This document shows, one piece after another, positions 25,285 to 34,143 of a DNA stretch of 64,000 nt (positions are counted from its first letter, which is position 1; each line of letters begins with the position of its first letter). Where the stretch lies: assembly GCA_013289265.1 (NCBI GenBank), contig JABDAH010000007.1, forward strand, positions 1,745-65,744, given 5' to 3'. A program made the translations under genes and the position numbers. The notes under the pieces were generated by a model. It ran no database searches. It was not told the DNA's origin and saw only the letters and a program-made list of their open reading frames with translations. This DNA comes from Alphaproteobacteria bacterium. Lineage in GTDB: Bacteria > Pseudomonadota > Alphaproteobacteria > UBA9219.

Positions 25285-25602
25285 ATGTTTAGTGTTATTT
25301 CCAAAATACCAGATATTGAAACTGATGACGCCGATGGTCTTGAAAGGATTATGAGACACATCAATAATGATCACCGTTTTGAATATATGCAAAGAGATGG
25401 CGGCGGACTGTCGATATTAAGTTTTAAAAAAGACAACCTAGTCTTGACTATGCAAGGCAATTGCGGTGGCTGCACCGTGATCAAAATTGCCGGAACAAGA
25501 CGTCATGTCCAGTTAAGCCTTGAAGAAGATTTTGGTGAGGTAACGGTTACTTTTCAAGAGATGGCTCTAAACACTGCCCCCACCCCTATACCAGATCCGT
25601 AA
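25285..25602 (+). CDS. NifU/Nfu C-terminal-domain-like small protein
   Basis: ORF track 25258..25602 (TTG). The internal ATG at residue 10 has GGGGA upstream. YMQRDGGGLSILSFKKDNLVLTMQGNCGGCTVIKIAGTRRHVQLSLEE fits the Nfu pattern DGGd.el......v.v.l.GaC.gC. Confidence 0.55.
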   Translation: MFSVISKIPDIETDDADGLERIMRHINNDHRFEYMQRDGGGLSILSFKKDNLVLTMQGNCGGCTVIKIAGTRRHVQLSLEEDFGEVTVTFQEMALNTAPTPIPDP

Positions 25603-25613
25603 AGCCAAGTTGT

Positions 25614-26084
25614 TTACCGCCCGCTATTGTCTTTAAAATCCAGCGTATATTCCTTTGTATTGGCGCCGATATCGATTTCCTGAAAGCCGCGGGTGACGGC
25701 GCCTTTGCTTTCGCAATCGCCGTCACCTTCTATCTGGAAGGGTTTCCTATCCGTGCAGAACTGATATTTGCCGTTCCAGACAAAGGGCTCTTTGTCCTTA
25801 TCCGGGCGCACCAGGGATGTCGCGTAATAAAAATAGAACCGGTCAGTTAACAATCCGCCCAAAACCTTGGAACATTGCCCCGGTTCCAGCCGCCACCAGC
25901 CTTGCGATGTCCAAACATCCTCGTTCCGGCGGCCCAAAGCAGCCTCGATAGGGTTCTGGGTACGGTTGCAGAAGGTCATTGCCGCCCTGGCTGGGGCAGT
26001 AAAACTTCCCAATATCAAAGCTATGCAGGCCATTTTAAGGAGAATGGGCCGCACACCGCTGCGTGAAGAATGTCTTAACATCAT
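25614..26084 (-). CDS. DUF1036 domain protein (secreted)
   Basis: ORF track, 156 aa. Signal peptide ..FTAPARA. Sequence includes MTFCNRTQNPIEAALG..WTSQGWWRLEPGQC..RFYFYYA..FCTD..F.IEGDGDCESKG..GFQEIDIG. Confidence 0.75.
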   Translation of the reverse strand: MMLRHSSRSGVRPILLKMACIALILGSFTAPARAAMTFCNRTQNPIEAALGRRNEDVWTSQGWWRLEPGQCSKVLGGLLTDRFYFYYATSLVRPDKDKEPFVWNGKYQFCTDRKPFQIEGDGDCESKGAVTRGFQEIDIGANTKEYTLDFKDNSGR

Positions 26085-26206
26085 GATAGTTAGACAGAAT
26101 CGTTAAGTTTAACCTGTTGGCAACCAAATGCAGGTACCACAGATAGACTACCTCACAAAAGTTTTTGCGCAATGAGTTCTCGCGCACCTCATCATCGGAG
26201 TTTTAT

Positions 26207-28903
26207 ATGACCACCCAGACCGGACATGATACGCTGAAAACCCGTCAGACATTGACCGTCGGCGGCAAAACCTATGATTATTTCAGCATCAAGGAAGCCG
26301 AAAAAGCTATCGGCGATGTCTCGGCCCTGCCTTTCAGCATGAAGGTTCTGCTGGAAAACCTGCTCCGCTTCGAAGATGGCCGTTCTGTTACTGTTGACGA
26401 TATCAAGGCTCTCGCCGGCTGGCTGAAGGAACGCAAAAGCGATACCGAAGTCGCCTACCGCCCGGCCCGTGTGCTGATGCAGGATTTTACCGGCGTTCCC
26501 GCTGTAGTCGATCTGGCGGCCATGCGCGAAGCCACTATTGCCCTGGGCGGCGATCCAAAACGTATTAACCCGCTCTGCGCCGTTGATCTTGTGATCGATC
26601 ACTCGGTTATGGTCGATAGCTTTGGCTCCGCCGATGCTTTCGCCAAAAATGTCGCGCGTGAGTTTGAGCGCAACTATGAACGTTATGCTTTCCTGCGCTG
26701 GGGTCAGGGCGCTTTCAACAATTTCCGCGTTGTGCCACCCGGTACCGGTATTTGCCATCAGGTTAACCTCGAATATCTGGCACAGACTGTCTGGACCGAT
26801 ATCGACCAGAACGGCAAGAATGTTGCCTATCCCGATACCTGCGTTGGTACTGATAGCCACACGACAATGATCAACGGCCTTGCCGTTCTTGGTTGGGGTG
26901 TTGGTGGTATTGAAGCCGAAGCCGCGATGCTCGGCCAACCCGTTTCCATGCTGATTCCTGAAGTTGTCGGTTTCAAACTGACCGGCAAAGCCAAAGAAGG
27001 CACCACGGCGACCGATCTTGTTCTGATGGTCACGCAGATGCTGCGCAAAAAAGGCGTGGTCAATAAATTCGTCGAATTCTTCGGCCCCGGCCTTGACAAT
27101 ATGTCGCTGGAAGATCGCGCGACCGTCGCCAATATGGCGCCGGAATATGGCGCAACCTGCGGCATTTTCCCAATCGATATCAAGACAATCGAATATCTGA
27201 CCTTCACCGGTCGCGACCCGGAACGTGTAGCGCTGGTAGAAACCTATGCCAAAGCACAAGGCATGTGGCGCGATGCATTCTCCCCCGACCCTGTTTTCAC
27301 CGATATGCTGGAACTGGATCTGGGTAATGTTGAACCATCGCTCGCAGGCCCCCGCCGTCCGCAAGATCGTGTAACCCTAAGCAGCGCGGCCACCGAGTTC
27401 GAAAAAGAACTGCCGAGCTTCAAGGTCGACGCCGCATCACGCGACAAACAAATTATCGTCGCAGGCACCGATTACACAATTACGCATGGCGATGTCGTTA
27501 TTGCAGCAATCACCAGCTGCACAAATACATCAAATCCAAGTGTGTTATTGGCTGCAGGTCTTCTCGCGCGCAAAGCCCTGGCGAAGGGTTTGAAAGTCAA
27601 GCCTTGGGTCAAAACTTCTCTCGCGCCGGGAAGCCAGGTTGTCACCGATTACCTGAACAAAGCCGGTTTGCAGGCTGACCTTGATGCGCTTGGCTTCAAC
27701 CTCGTCGGTTATGGTTGCACCACCTGCATTGGCAACTCAGGCCCATTGCCTGAAAATATTTCTGCCGCTATCGAACAGGGCGACCTTGTTGCCGCCGCCG
27801 TCCTTTCCGGCAACCGCAACTTCGAAGGCCGCGTCAATCCGCATTGCAAAGCTAATTATCTGGCCTCACCGCCACTCGTTGTCGCTTATGCTCTGGCCGG
27901 TTCGATGGCGATCGACATCACCAAGGAACCTCTGGGCAAAGGCTCCGACGGACAGCCAGTTTATCTGAAAGATATCTGGCCGACCAACGACGAAATCCTG
28001 AAAGCCATTCGTTCATCGCTGACGCCCGCGATGTATGTGGAGCGTTATTCCAATGTCTTTGCCGGCACCACCGAATGGCAAAATGTCAAAACGGCTACCG
28101 GCGTGACCTACAAGTGGAATAACCAATCCACCTATGTGAAGCTGCCACCTTTGTTCGAAAATATGCCGCGCCCCGGCATGGTCAATGATTTCGGCAATGC
28201 GCGATTGCTGGCACTACTAGGCGATTCCATCACCACCGACCATATCTCGCCCGCAGGCGACATCAAGAAATCCAGCCCTGCCGGCAAATATTTGATGGAG
28301 CACAAGGTCGAACCGTCAGAATTTAATTCCTACGGCGCGCGTCGCGGTAATCATGAAGTCATGATGCGCGGCACCTTCGCTAATATTCGCATCAAGAATG
28401 AATTGATGGGCGGGGCCGAAGGCGGCAACACCAAACATTTCCCAAGCGGCGATGTCATGTCGATTTACGATGCCGCCATGCGTTACCAGAAAGAACGCGT
28501 GCCGTTGATCATTATCGCTGGCAAGGAATATGGCACTGGTTCGTCCCGCGACTGGGCCGCCAAAGGCACCAAGCTGCTGGGTGTGCGCGCCGTTATCGCT
28601 GAAAGCTTTGAGCGTATTCACCGATCCAACCTTGTGGGCATGAGTGTTTTGCCGCTGGTGTTCAAGAACGGTATGACACGCAAAGACCTGAACCTGACTG
28701 GCGCCGAAGCTTTCTCGATTACAGGTGTTGCCAAAGGCATCACCCCGCATATGGATGTAACCCTGACCATCACAAGGGCTGGCGGCGTTACGGAAAGCAT
28801 TGCCCTGCTATGCCGTATCGATACGCTGGATGAGGTCGAATATTACCGGAATGGCGGTATTCTGCCCTACGTTCTGCGCGATCTTATTAAAAAGGCGGTT
28901 TAG
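26207..28903 (+). CDS. acnA: Aconitate hydratase A
   Basis: ORF track 26165..28903. I start it at the internal ATG (residue 15, [14 protein letters not shown]). Sequence includes [53 protein letters not shown]. Confidence 0.95.
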   Translation: MTTQTGHDTLKTRQTLTVGGKTYDYFSIKEAEKAIGDVSALPFSMKVLLENLLRFEDGRSVTVDDIKALAGWLKERKSDTEVAYRPARVLMQDFTGVPAVVDLAAMREATIALGGDPKRINPLCAVDLVIDHSVMVDSFGSADAFAKNVAREFERNYERYAFLRWGQGAFNNFRVVPPGTGICHQVNLEYLAQTVWTDIDQNGKNVAYPDTCVGTDSHTTMINGLAVLGWGVGGIEAEAAMLGQPVSMLIPEVVGFKLTGKAKEGTTATDLVLMVTQMLRKKGVVNKFVEFFGPGLDNMSLEDRATVANMAPEYGATCGIFPIDIKTIEYLTFTGRDPERVALVETYAKAQGMWRDAFSPDPVFTDMLELDLGNVEPSLAGPRRPQDRVTLSSAATEFEKELPSFKVDAASRDKQIIVAGTDYTITHGDVVIAAITSCTNTSNPSVLLAAGLLARKALAKGLKVKPWVKTSLAPGSQVVTDYLNKAGLQADLDALGFNLVGYGCTTCIGNSGPLPENISAAIEQGDLVAAAVLSGNRNFEGRVNPHCKANYLASPPLVVAYALAGSMAIDITKEPLGKGSDGQPVYLKDIWPTNDEILKAIRSSLTPAMYVERYSNVFAGTTEWQNVKTATGVTYKWNNQSTYVKLPPLFENMPRPGMVNDFGNARLLALLGDSITTDHISPAGDIKKSSPAGKYLMEHKVEPSEFNSYGARRGNHEVMMRGTFANIRIKNELMGGAEGGNTKHFPSGDVMSIYDAAMRYQKERVPLIIIAGKEYGTGSSRDWAAKGTKLLGVRAVIAESFERIHRSNLVGMSVLPLVFKNGMTRKDLNLTGAEAFSITGVAKGITPHMDVTLTITRAGGVTESIALLCRIDTLDEVEYYRNGGILPYVLRDLIKKAV

Positions 28904-29100
28904 ACATCCAAAAGCATGGTGTAAATGCAACACTCCTATCCAAATAAAGTGGATATTATCGATTTTAACCAATTGGTTAGGATTGACGGTGAATATGGGC
29001 CGGACTAAAAGCCCGGCCTGACCGCCACATCAATTGCAGTCTCCTCGAAGATCCAAGACCCCCGAACAACTCTCTCCCTGTATACTAGAAAGGTAATGTC

Positions 29101-29625
29101 ATGAAATCCGCATCGAAGTTCCTCGTTCTCCTCGCTTTCGCGTCAGTCCTCGGCGTAAGCCTGTCAGCTCACGCTGACGTCTGCGGCGAAACCGGCTTTC
29201 CAAAGCCAAAGCTCATTCAGTCACGTGATGTCTGCTCATCACACCTGATCAACCACCCGAACCTGGCCGCTGCGACCGAAATCTACACAGTAGTTTATTT
29301 CGACACAGCTTCCAGCAAGCTGGCCCCTAAGGAAGAAGCTAAGCTGAAAGACGTTGCTGCTATCCTGAAGAGCCCATCCTTCAAGGGTGCCCATGTTGCC
29401 GTTCAAGGTTACACAGACAACAAAGGCAAAGAAGCTACCAACCAGCGTCTGTCCTACCACCGCGCTCTGGCCGTTGTTCACACACTGGTCAAGAAGTACG
29501 GCGTTCCAGCTTCGATGCTGTCAGCTCAAGGCTTCGGCAAAGAAAACCCAATTGCTGACAACAGCACCGCTGAAGGCCGCGCTCATAACCGCCGCGTCAG
29601 CTTCGCTGGCCTGCCAGTTAGATAA
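29101..29625 (+). CDS. OmpA-family peptidoglycan-binding protein (secreted)
   Basis: ORF track, 174 aa. Signal peptide ..SLSAHA|DV. OmpA_C pattern VVYFDTASSKL..VQGYTDNKG....NQRLSYHRALAV...L...GV....L.AQGFGKENPIADNST.EGRAHNRRV. Confidence 0.85.
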   Translation: MKSASKFLVLLAFASVLGVSLSAHADVCGETGFPKPKLIQSRDVCSSHLINHPNLAAATEIYTVVYFDTASSKLAPKEEAKLKDVAAILKSPSFKGAHVAVQGYTDNKGKEATNQRLSYHRALAVVHTLVKKYGVPASMLSAQGFGKENPIADNSTAEGRAHNRRVSFAGLPVR

Positions 29626-29671
29626 GTTTGGTTTAGTAAGTTAAGTCAGTTAGTTTTAGTGGGAAAATAAG

Positions 29672-29699
29672 AAGGGGGCCTTAGAAGGCCCCCTTTTTT
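29672..29699. terminator. Bidirectional rho-independent terminator between convergent genes
   Basis: AAGGGGGCC-TTAGAA-GGCCCCCTT followed by T-run on the plus strand and preceded by A-rich sequence. It lies between the ompA-like stop (29625) and the minus-strand stop (29715). +/-2 nt. Confidence 0.8.
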
Positions 29700-29714
29700 A
29701 TTACTTATAATCAG

Positions 29715-30546
29715 CTATTTCCCGCGCCATTTAGCCAGAATACCCAGCAGCTTGCTGACAAAGGCATCATTAATACCAAACACACCCTTCAGCCAGTTAT
29801 AGAGCGATAGCGCTTTCTTATCGAGATAGATCAGGATGGCTTGCGCCCCGTCCCCCGGCCTTGCGCGGTAATTGGTAGCGATCTTGCGCGGCAACACCGC
29901 TTCCTCCGTAAAATAATAGAGCGCGATGGATTTGCGCGTCGTCGTTTCCGGACAGGTTAGCGGGTGCGGATGGCCGTGATAGGAATCCGGATCGGTATTA
30001 AAGATCACGCAGCGATTAAACACCGGCAGCACGCGTTTAAAACAGCGCTGCATATCGCGGGTCCAGAGCTCCAGATGGCCGCCGTAACCCTCCTGCCAGC
30101 CCTCATTGAGGTAAACCAGTACATTGACCCTGCGCCGCCACATACGGTGGTGTGGGTGCACAGTAAAATCGGCATGAATATTCAGGTGCCCACCGGCCTT
30201 GATTTGATGCAGCCCACCGCCTTCGAGGTCAGGATCGGGCTTGAGATTGGGAATGCCCGTTAGTTCGCTGAGCCATTCAACAAAAGCGGCGCTGTTAAGC
30301 TCGTCAATAATGGCCAGCAGTTTAGGGGGAATGGCGGCGCGTTTGTTGAGGCCGCCTTTATTTTCATTCACATGCTGGTAATTGATCCAGTCAGGACCAC
30401 CCAATGGCGGGAAAGTCGCCAGCGCTTCGCGTAACGCAGGGATAGCCAGAAAATCATCCAGCAGGATGTGCGGAAATTGTTCTGCCGTCTGGTAAGTTTT
30501 TTTTCAGACTTGGCAACGCCGCCTTTTGAGCTTTGAGATCGAACAT
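29715..30546 (-). pseudogene. 2OG-Fe(II) oxygenase (prolyl-hydroxylase-like family) interrupted by a frameshift in an A8 tract
   Basis: ORF track 29715..30404 starts at TTG, inside the conserved N-terminal region. The same frame stays open upstream as KKTYQTAEQFPHILLDDFLAIPALREALATFPPL, back to a TGA immediately 5' of the A8 run (plus-strand T8 at ~30497-30504). An ATG at 30546, 4 nt after the upstream gene's stop, opens MFDLKAQKAALPSLKK in the other frame. Removing one A fuses the two. The HxD...H core reads LNIHADFTVHPH...SYHGH. Confidence 0.65.
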
Positions 30547-30549
30547 GGA

Positions 30550-31362
30550 TTAATGTCTTTCGGCCGCACGCTGCAGCGCCGTCACATCATCCATGCTTAG
30601 TTTCGGCAGCCGCGCTTCAGGCCTGTCGTCATAGATGGCAAGGCTGATAAAACCCATTTTCTGCAGCAGATATTCGATAGAAGTTTGCACGACGCCAAGA
30701 CCGTAGATCACACTGCGGCGGAAACTGAGCGACGAGGCATCGTCAAAATATTTGGTGGGGCAACTGATCTCACCAATGCGAAAGCCGAAATGCACAGCCT
30801 GCGTCAGCATCTGGTTGTCGAACACAAAATCATCCGAGATGGCGCCGAGTGGCAGTGTTTCCAGCACTTTCCGGCTCCAGGCGCGGTAGCCGGTATGATA
30901 TTCGGAAAGCTTCTGTCCGATCAGCGCATTCTGGAATGTCGTCAAAAAACGGTTGGCAATATATTTCCAAAGCGGCATGCCGCCGACCAGAGCGCCGACG
31001 CCGAGCATGCGCGAACCCAGCACAACATCGAACTGGTCCGATGCGATCATCGACGCCATCGCCGTCACAAGCCGCGGTGTATATTGGTAATCCGGATGCA
31101 GCATGACGATAATATCGGCACCCTTCGCCAGCGCCACCGCATAACAGGTTTTCTGGTTCGCGCCGTAGCCGCGATTCTGTTCGTGCCGGATCGTTAATAT
31201 ACCCAGGCTTTGGGCCATTTTGACGGTCTCGTCCTTACTGGCGTCATCGACCAGAATAACGTCATCGACGATATCATGCGGGATTTCGTCAAAGGTTTGC
31301 TTCAACGTCTTGGCCGCATTATAGGCGGGCAGAACCACCGCTATCTTTTTATTCGCCAGCAT
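30550..31362 (-). CDS. Family-2 glycosyltransferase
   Basis: ORF track 30550..31431. I start it at the internal ATG (residue 24, MLANKKIAVVLPAYNAAKT). Sequence includes DVILVDDASKDET..NRGYGANQK (GT-A DxD region). Confidence 0.85.
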   Translation of the reverse strand: MLANKKIAVVLPAYNAAKTLKQTFDEIPHDIVDDVILVDDASKDETVKMAQSLGILTIRHEQNRGYGANQKTCYAVALAKGADIIVMLHPDYQYTPRLVTAMASMIASDQFDVVLGSRMLGVGALVGGMPLWKYIANRFLTTFQNALIGQKLSEYHTGYRAWSRKVLETLPLGAISDDFVFDNQMLTQAVHFGFRIGEISCPTKYFDDASSLSFRRSVIYGLGVVQTSIEYLLQKMGFISLAIYDDRPEARLPKLSMDDVTALQRAAERH

Positions 31363-31476
31363 CACGACTCCTGTTAACCAAGCCCAAACTGCGACAGCGT
31401 GGCGTCTTCTGTCAATCACGACAACCCTCATAAGAGACTTGAGTTAACAAGCGATTCGCGCTCAATCTCGGGATGC

Positions 31477-32700
31477 ATGGCGTCATCCATCAAAATACCG
31501 CCGCGGCCCAAAGCCGTTCTGGTTATCACGCCCTACTATGCCGATCACGGCGGTAGTACTGAGCGTATTGCCGGAAGACTGATCGCTGATATGGCGTCCA
31601 ATACCCAGCCGGATGCCGCATCGCTGCATTTCACCTGGGCTGCCAGCAAATGCGCCTCCGGCCTTAAAACCAAAATCGCCATGCCTGTGGAAGGCAAGAA
31701 CCTGTTGATGCTGCCGATGCGCACGCTCAACCAGCTGGAACAGTTCTTTAGTCTGCGCTGGCCGATCTGGACAAGGCGCAGCCTGCGCCAGTTATACCGG
31801 GCCGTTGAAGGCGTTGACTGTCTTTGGCTGCATGACACTTTCTCGCTTGGCAGCTGGCTCGCCTTCCGCATGGCAAAGAAACAGCACAAGCCTATCCTGA
31901 TTACCAAGCATAGCGGTCTGACCAAGCATCCGGGTTTCCTGCAACGCGCGTGGGCGACGGGCATCGACTGGCTGATCACCCGCAAAATGCTGCGTCAAGT
32001 GCAGCAGACGGTTTTTAGCGGCGATGCCTCGGCCGAATATTACTACCGCCGCGTCGGCTTTACTTCCCCGGTTAAAATTATTCCCAACGGCGTTGATTTC
32101 AGCGTCTTCCACCCACCATTACGGGAAATGCGCAGGGTCCTGCGCGCCCGCTTTGCCCTGCGCCGCGAACAGCCGGTTTTGCTTTTTGTGGGGCGCTTTA
32201 CGGCGGAGAACGGCCTTCCGGTCCTGCGGGAGCTCGCGAAACTTTTGCCTGACTGGCGTTTCTGGCTGGCGGGCGAAGGCCCGCTTAACCCGGAAAAATG
32301 GTTCCTGCCCAATCTGCAGGTCTTCCGCGGCCGCCGCGATGCCGACCTGGCTGAGCTTTATCAGTCTGCCGATTTGCTTTTGATGCCTGGCTACAAGCCC
32401 GGCTTTCCACTAGCGGCACAGGAAGCAATGGCTTGCGGGCTGCCCGTCATGTGTGGACCTGCCATTTCGGAAGGCAGCGATTTCGCTAAACCCTATTTAT
32501 GGGTGGTGAATGTCGATGCGGCATCGCCAAAGCAAACGGCGTCAGTATGGGCTTCGAAGCTTAAAATAGGCCGGTCGCTACTACCTCTGACTGAAGCCAA
32601 GACGGAACTGTCGGATTTCGCCGCCGCTTGCTGGGAATGGCCTAAAATCGCGGGATATTATGCGGAAGCGTTGCGCGATCTTTGTCAGCGAAGCGCCTAG
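31477..32700 (+). CDS. Family-4 (GT-B) glycosyltransferase
   Basis: ORF track 31399..32700. I start it at the internal ATG (residue 27). Sequence includes LLFVGRFTAENGLPVL...SADLLLMPGYKPGFPLAAQEAMACGLPVM. Confidence 0.8.
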   Translation: MASSIKIPPRPKAVLVITPYYADHGGSTERIAGRLIADMASNTQPDAASLHFTWAASKCASGLKTKIAMPVEGKNLLMLPMRTLNQLEQFFSLRWPIWTRRSLRQLYRAVEGVDCLWLHDTFSLGSWLAFRMAKKQHKPILITKHSGLTKHPGFLQRAWATGIDWLITRKMLRQVQQTVFSGDASAEYYYRRVGFTSPVKIIPNGVDFSVFHPPLREMRRVLRARFALRREQPVLLFVGRFTAENGLPVLRELAKLLPDWRFWLAGEGPLNPEKWFLPNLQVFRGRRDADLAELYQSADLLLMPGYKPGFPLAAQEAMACGLPVMCGPAISEGSDFAKPYLWVVNVDAASPKQTASVWASKLKIGRSLLPLTEAKTELSDFAAACWEWPKIAGYYAEALRDLCQRSA

Positions 32701-32716
32701 AATATACTTTTATCAT

Positions 32717-33280
32717 TTACATCAAATTCTCTTCTACCTTCTGGCAGAGATAATGATAGAGGCAGATATGCACCTGCTGGATCATCGGCGTTTCTTTTGA
32801 AGCGACATCGATCAGGATATCGCAGCCCTGTTTCATTTTGCCACCACCTTCGCCGGTCAAGCCGATTGTGATCATGCCTTTTTTCTTGGCCTCTGCCATT
32901 GCCTGCAGGACATTGGCAGAATTGCCCGATGTGCTAATGCCAAGCAAAACGCCGCCGCTTTCCCCAAACGCCTCGACCTGCCGCGAAAAGACGGTTTCAT
33001 AGCTGTAATCGTTAGCCCATGCTGTCAGCACCGCCGGATTAGATGACAGCGCAAGGCATTTAAGCGCCGGGCGTTCTTTCAGAAAACGCCCGACCAATTC
33101 ACCCGCAATATGCAGGGAATCCGAAGCCGAGCCGCCATTGCCGCAAACCAGCAAAATCTTATGGGCGCGAAAAGCAGCCGTAATGGCATCAATAGCTTTT
33201 TCGGTCTGAATCATAGCATTCGTTTGCATGGTCGCTTCGATAACGGCCATTGATTTGCGTAAATAATCCGGGAGGGTCAT
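32717..33280 (-). CDS. gmhA: SIS-domain D-sedoheptulose-7-phosphate isomerase, copy 1
   Basis: ORF track, 187 aa. Sequence includes ILLVCGNGGSASDSLHIAGELVGRF...LLGISTSGNSANVL. Confidence 0.85.
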   Translation of the reverse strand: MTLPDYLRKSMAVIEATMQTNAMIQTEKAIDAITAAFRAHKILLVCGNGGSASDSLHIAGELVGRFLKERPALKCLALSSNPAVLTAWANDYSYETVFSRQVEAFGESGGVLLGISTSGNSANVLQAMAEAKKKGMITIGLTGEGGGKMKQGCDILIDVASKETPMIQQVHICLYHYLCQKVEENLM

Positions 33281-33390
33281 GAAATGCTATCCTGTGTTTT
33301 GGGGCATGAGTCTCATACAATATATCTACCCTCTCAATCAAAGCACATTTATAGTCCTGCCCGAAAGGCAGATTGGACAATAGGGCGACT

Positions 33391-34122
33391 ATGGAACTGG
33401 CGCAGCAAACAACCGTTATCATTCTGGCAGGCGGACGTGGCACGCGTATCGCCGCCCTTGCGCCCGATACACCAAAACCGATGATTACCGTTGCAGAACA
33501 GCCTTTCCTTGAATGGATCATCAAACGGCTGAACCGCGAGCATTTCACGCAAATTCTTCTGTCTATCGGCTACAAAGCTGATGTTGTCATCAAATGGCTG
33601 GAAAGCCGTGCGACTTCGCCGGCGGGTCAAAATCTGCGTTATCATCTGGAACAGCAACCGCTTGGCACCGGCGGCGCGATTGCTGATGCGTTGACAAAAG
33701 TCCACACAGAATATGTTCTCGTTTTAAACGGCGATACTTTGTTGCTGACGGATTTTCTACCTGCGATGCAAAAACTGGTTCAAGGAAAACTCGACGGCGT
33801 TATCATCGCGCGGTCGCTGGAAGATACCGGTCGCTATGGCCGCCTGAATGCAAGCAATGGCCTTTTAAAGGAATTTCAGGAAAAGATGCCGGGCGCGGGC
33901 TTGATTAACGGCGGCATTTACGCGTTCCGTACAGACTGGCTAAAACAGCATATAGGGGCCGGCATTTCCAGTATCGAGGTTGACATCTTCCCCCGCATGC
34001 TGCGCGAGGGAGCTAAAATCGGCGTTGAAGTAACAACGGCGCCCTTCATCGATATCGGCACCCCCGAAAGCCTGGGGGAAGCCAGCGCTTTTGTTACAAC
34101 CCACGCTGAGTATTTTAGGTAA
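33391..34122 (+). CDS. hddC: Sugar-1-phosphate nucleotidyltransferase (HddC-like heptose-1-P guanylyltransferase candidate)
   Basis: ORF track 33373..34122 (TTG), with an internal ATG at residue 7. Sequence includes VIILAGGRGTRIAALAPDTPKPMI..QPLGTGGAI. It is divergent from gmhA copy 1. Confidence 0.7.
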   Translation: MELAQQTTVIILAGGRGTRIAALAPDTPKPMITVAEQPFLEWIIKRLNREHFTQILLSIGYKADVVIKWLESRATSPAGQNLRYHLEQQPLGTGGAIADALTKVHTEYVLVLNGDTLLLTDFLPAMQKLVQGKLDGVIIARSLEDTGRYGRLNASNGLLKEFQEKMPGAGLINGGIYAFRTDWLKQHIGAGISSIEVDIFPRMLREGAKIGVEVTTAPFIDIGTPESLGEASAFVTTHAEYFR

Positions 34123-34143
34123 TTTCTGGCCACACTATTCATA

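Noticed and set aside
13728-25602. Interpreting the T4BSS region as an integrated conjugative element or genomic island
   Set aside because: No integrase, relaxase, T4CP, tRNA gene or direct-repeat boundaries are visible. The composition of the icm genes does not look obviously different from the flanking core genes. I cannot exclude it without whole-genome context.
26192-27364. 390-aa minus-strand ORF, and other long antisense ORFs (5303..6124, 10042..10659, 15066..15755, 23645..24259, 36727..37206, 61164..61658)
   Set aside because: Each lies fully inside and opposite a confidently identified gene (acnA, folC, trpB, icmC-like, the 792-aa ORF, gmd, manC). None has a recognisable domain. These are typical shadow ORFs.
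29101-29625. OmpA-family protein as the missing DotK/IcmN lipoprotein of the T4BSS
   Set aside because: It has an SPase-I type signal (AHA|DV) rather than a lipobox. It is separated from the icm block by DUF1036 and acnA. OmpA_C domains are ubiquitous, so there is no specific support.
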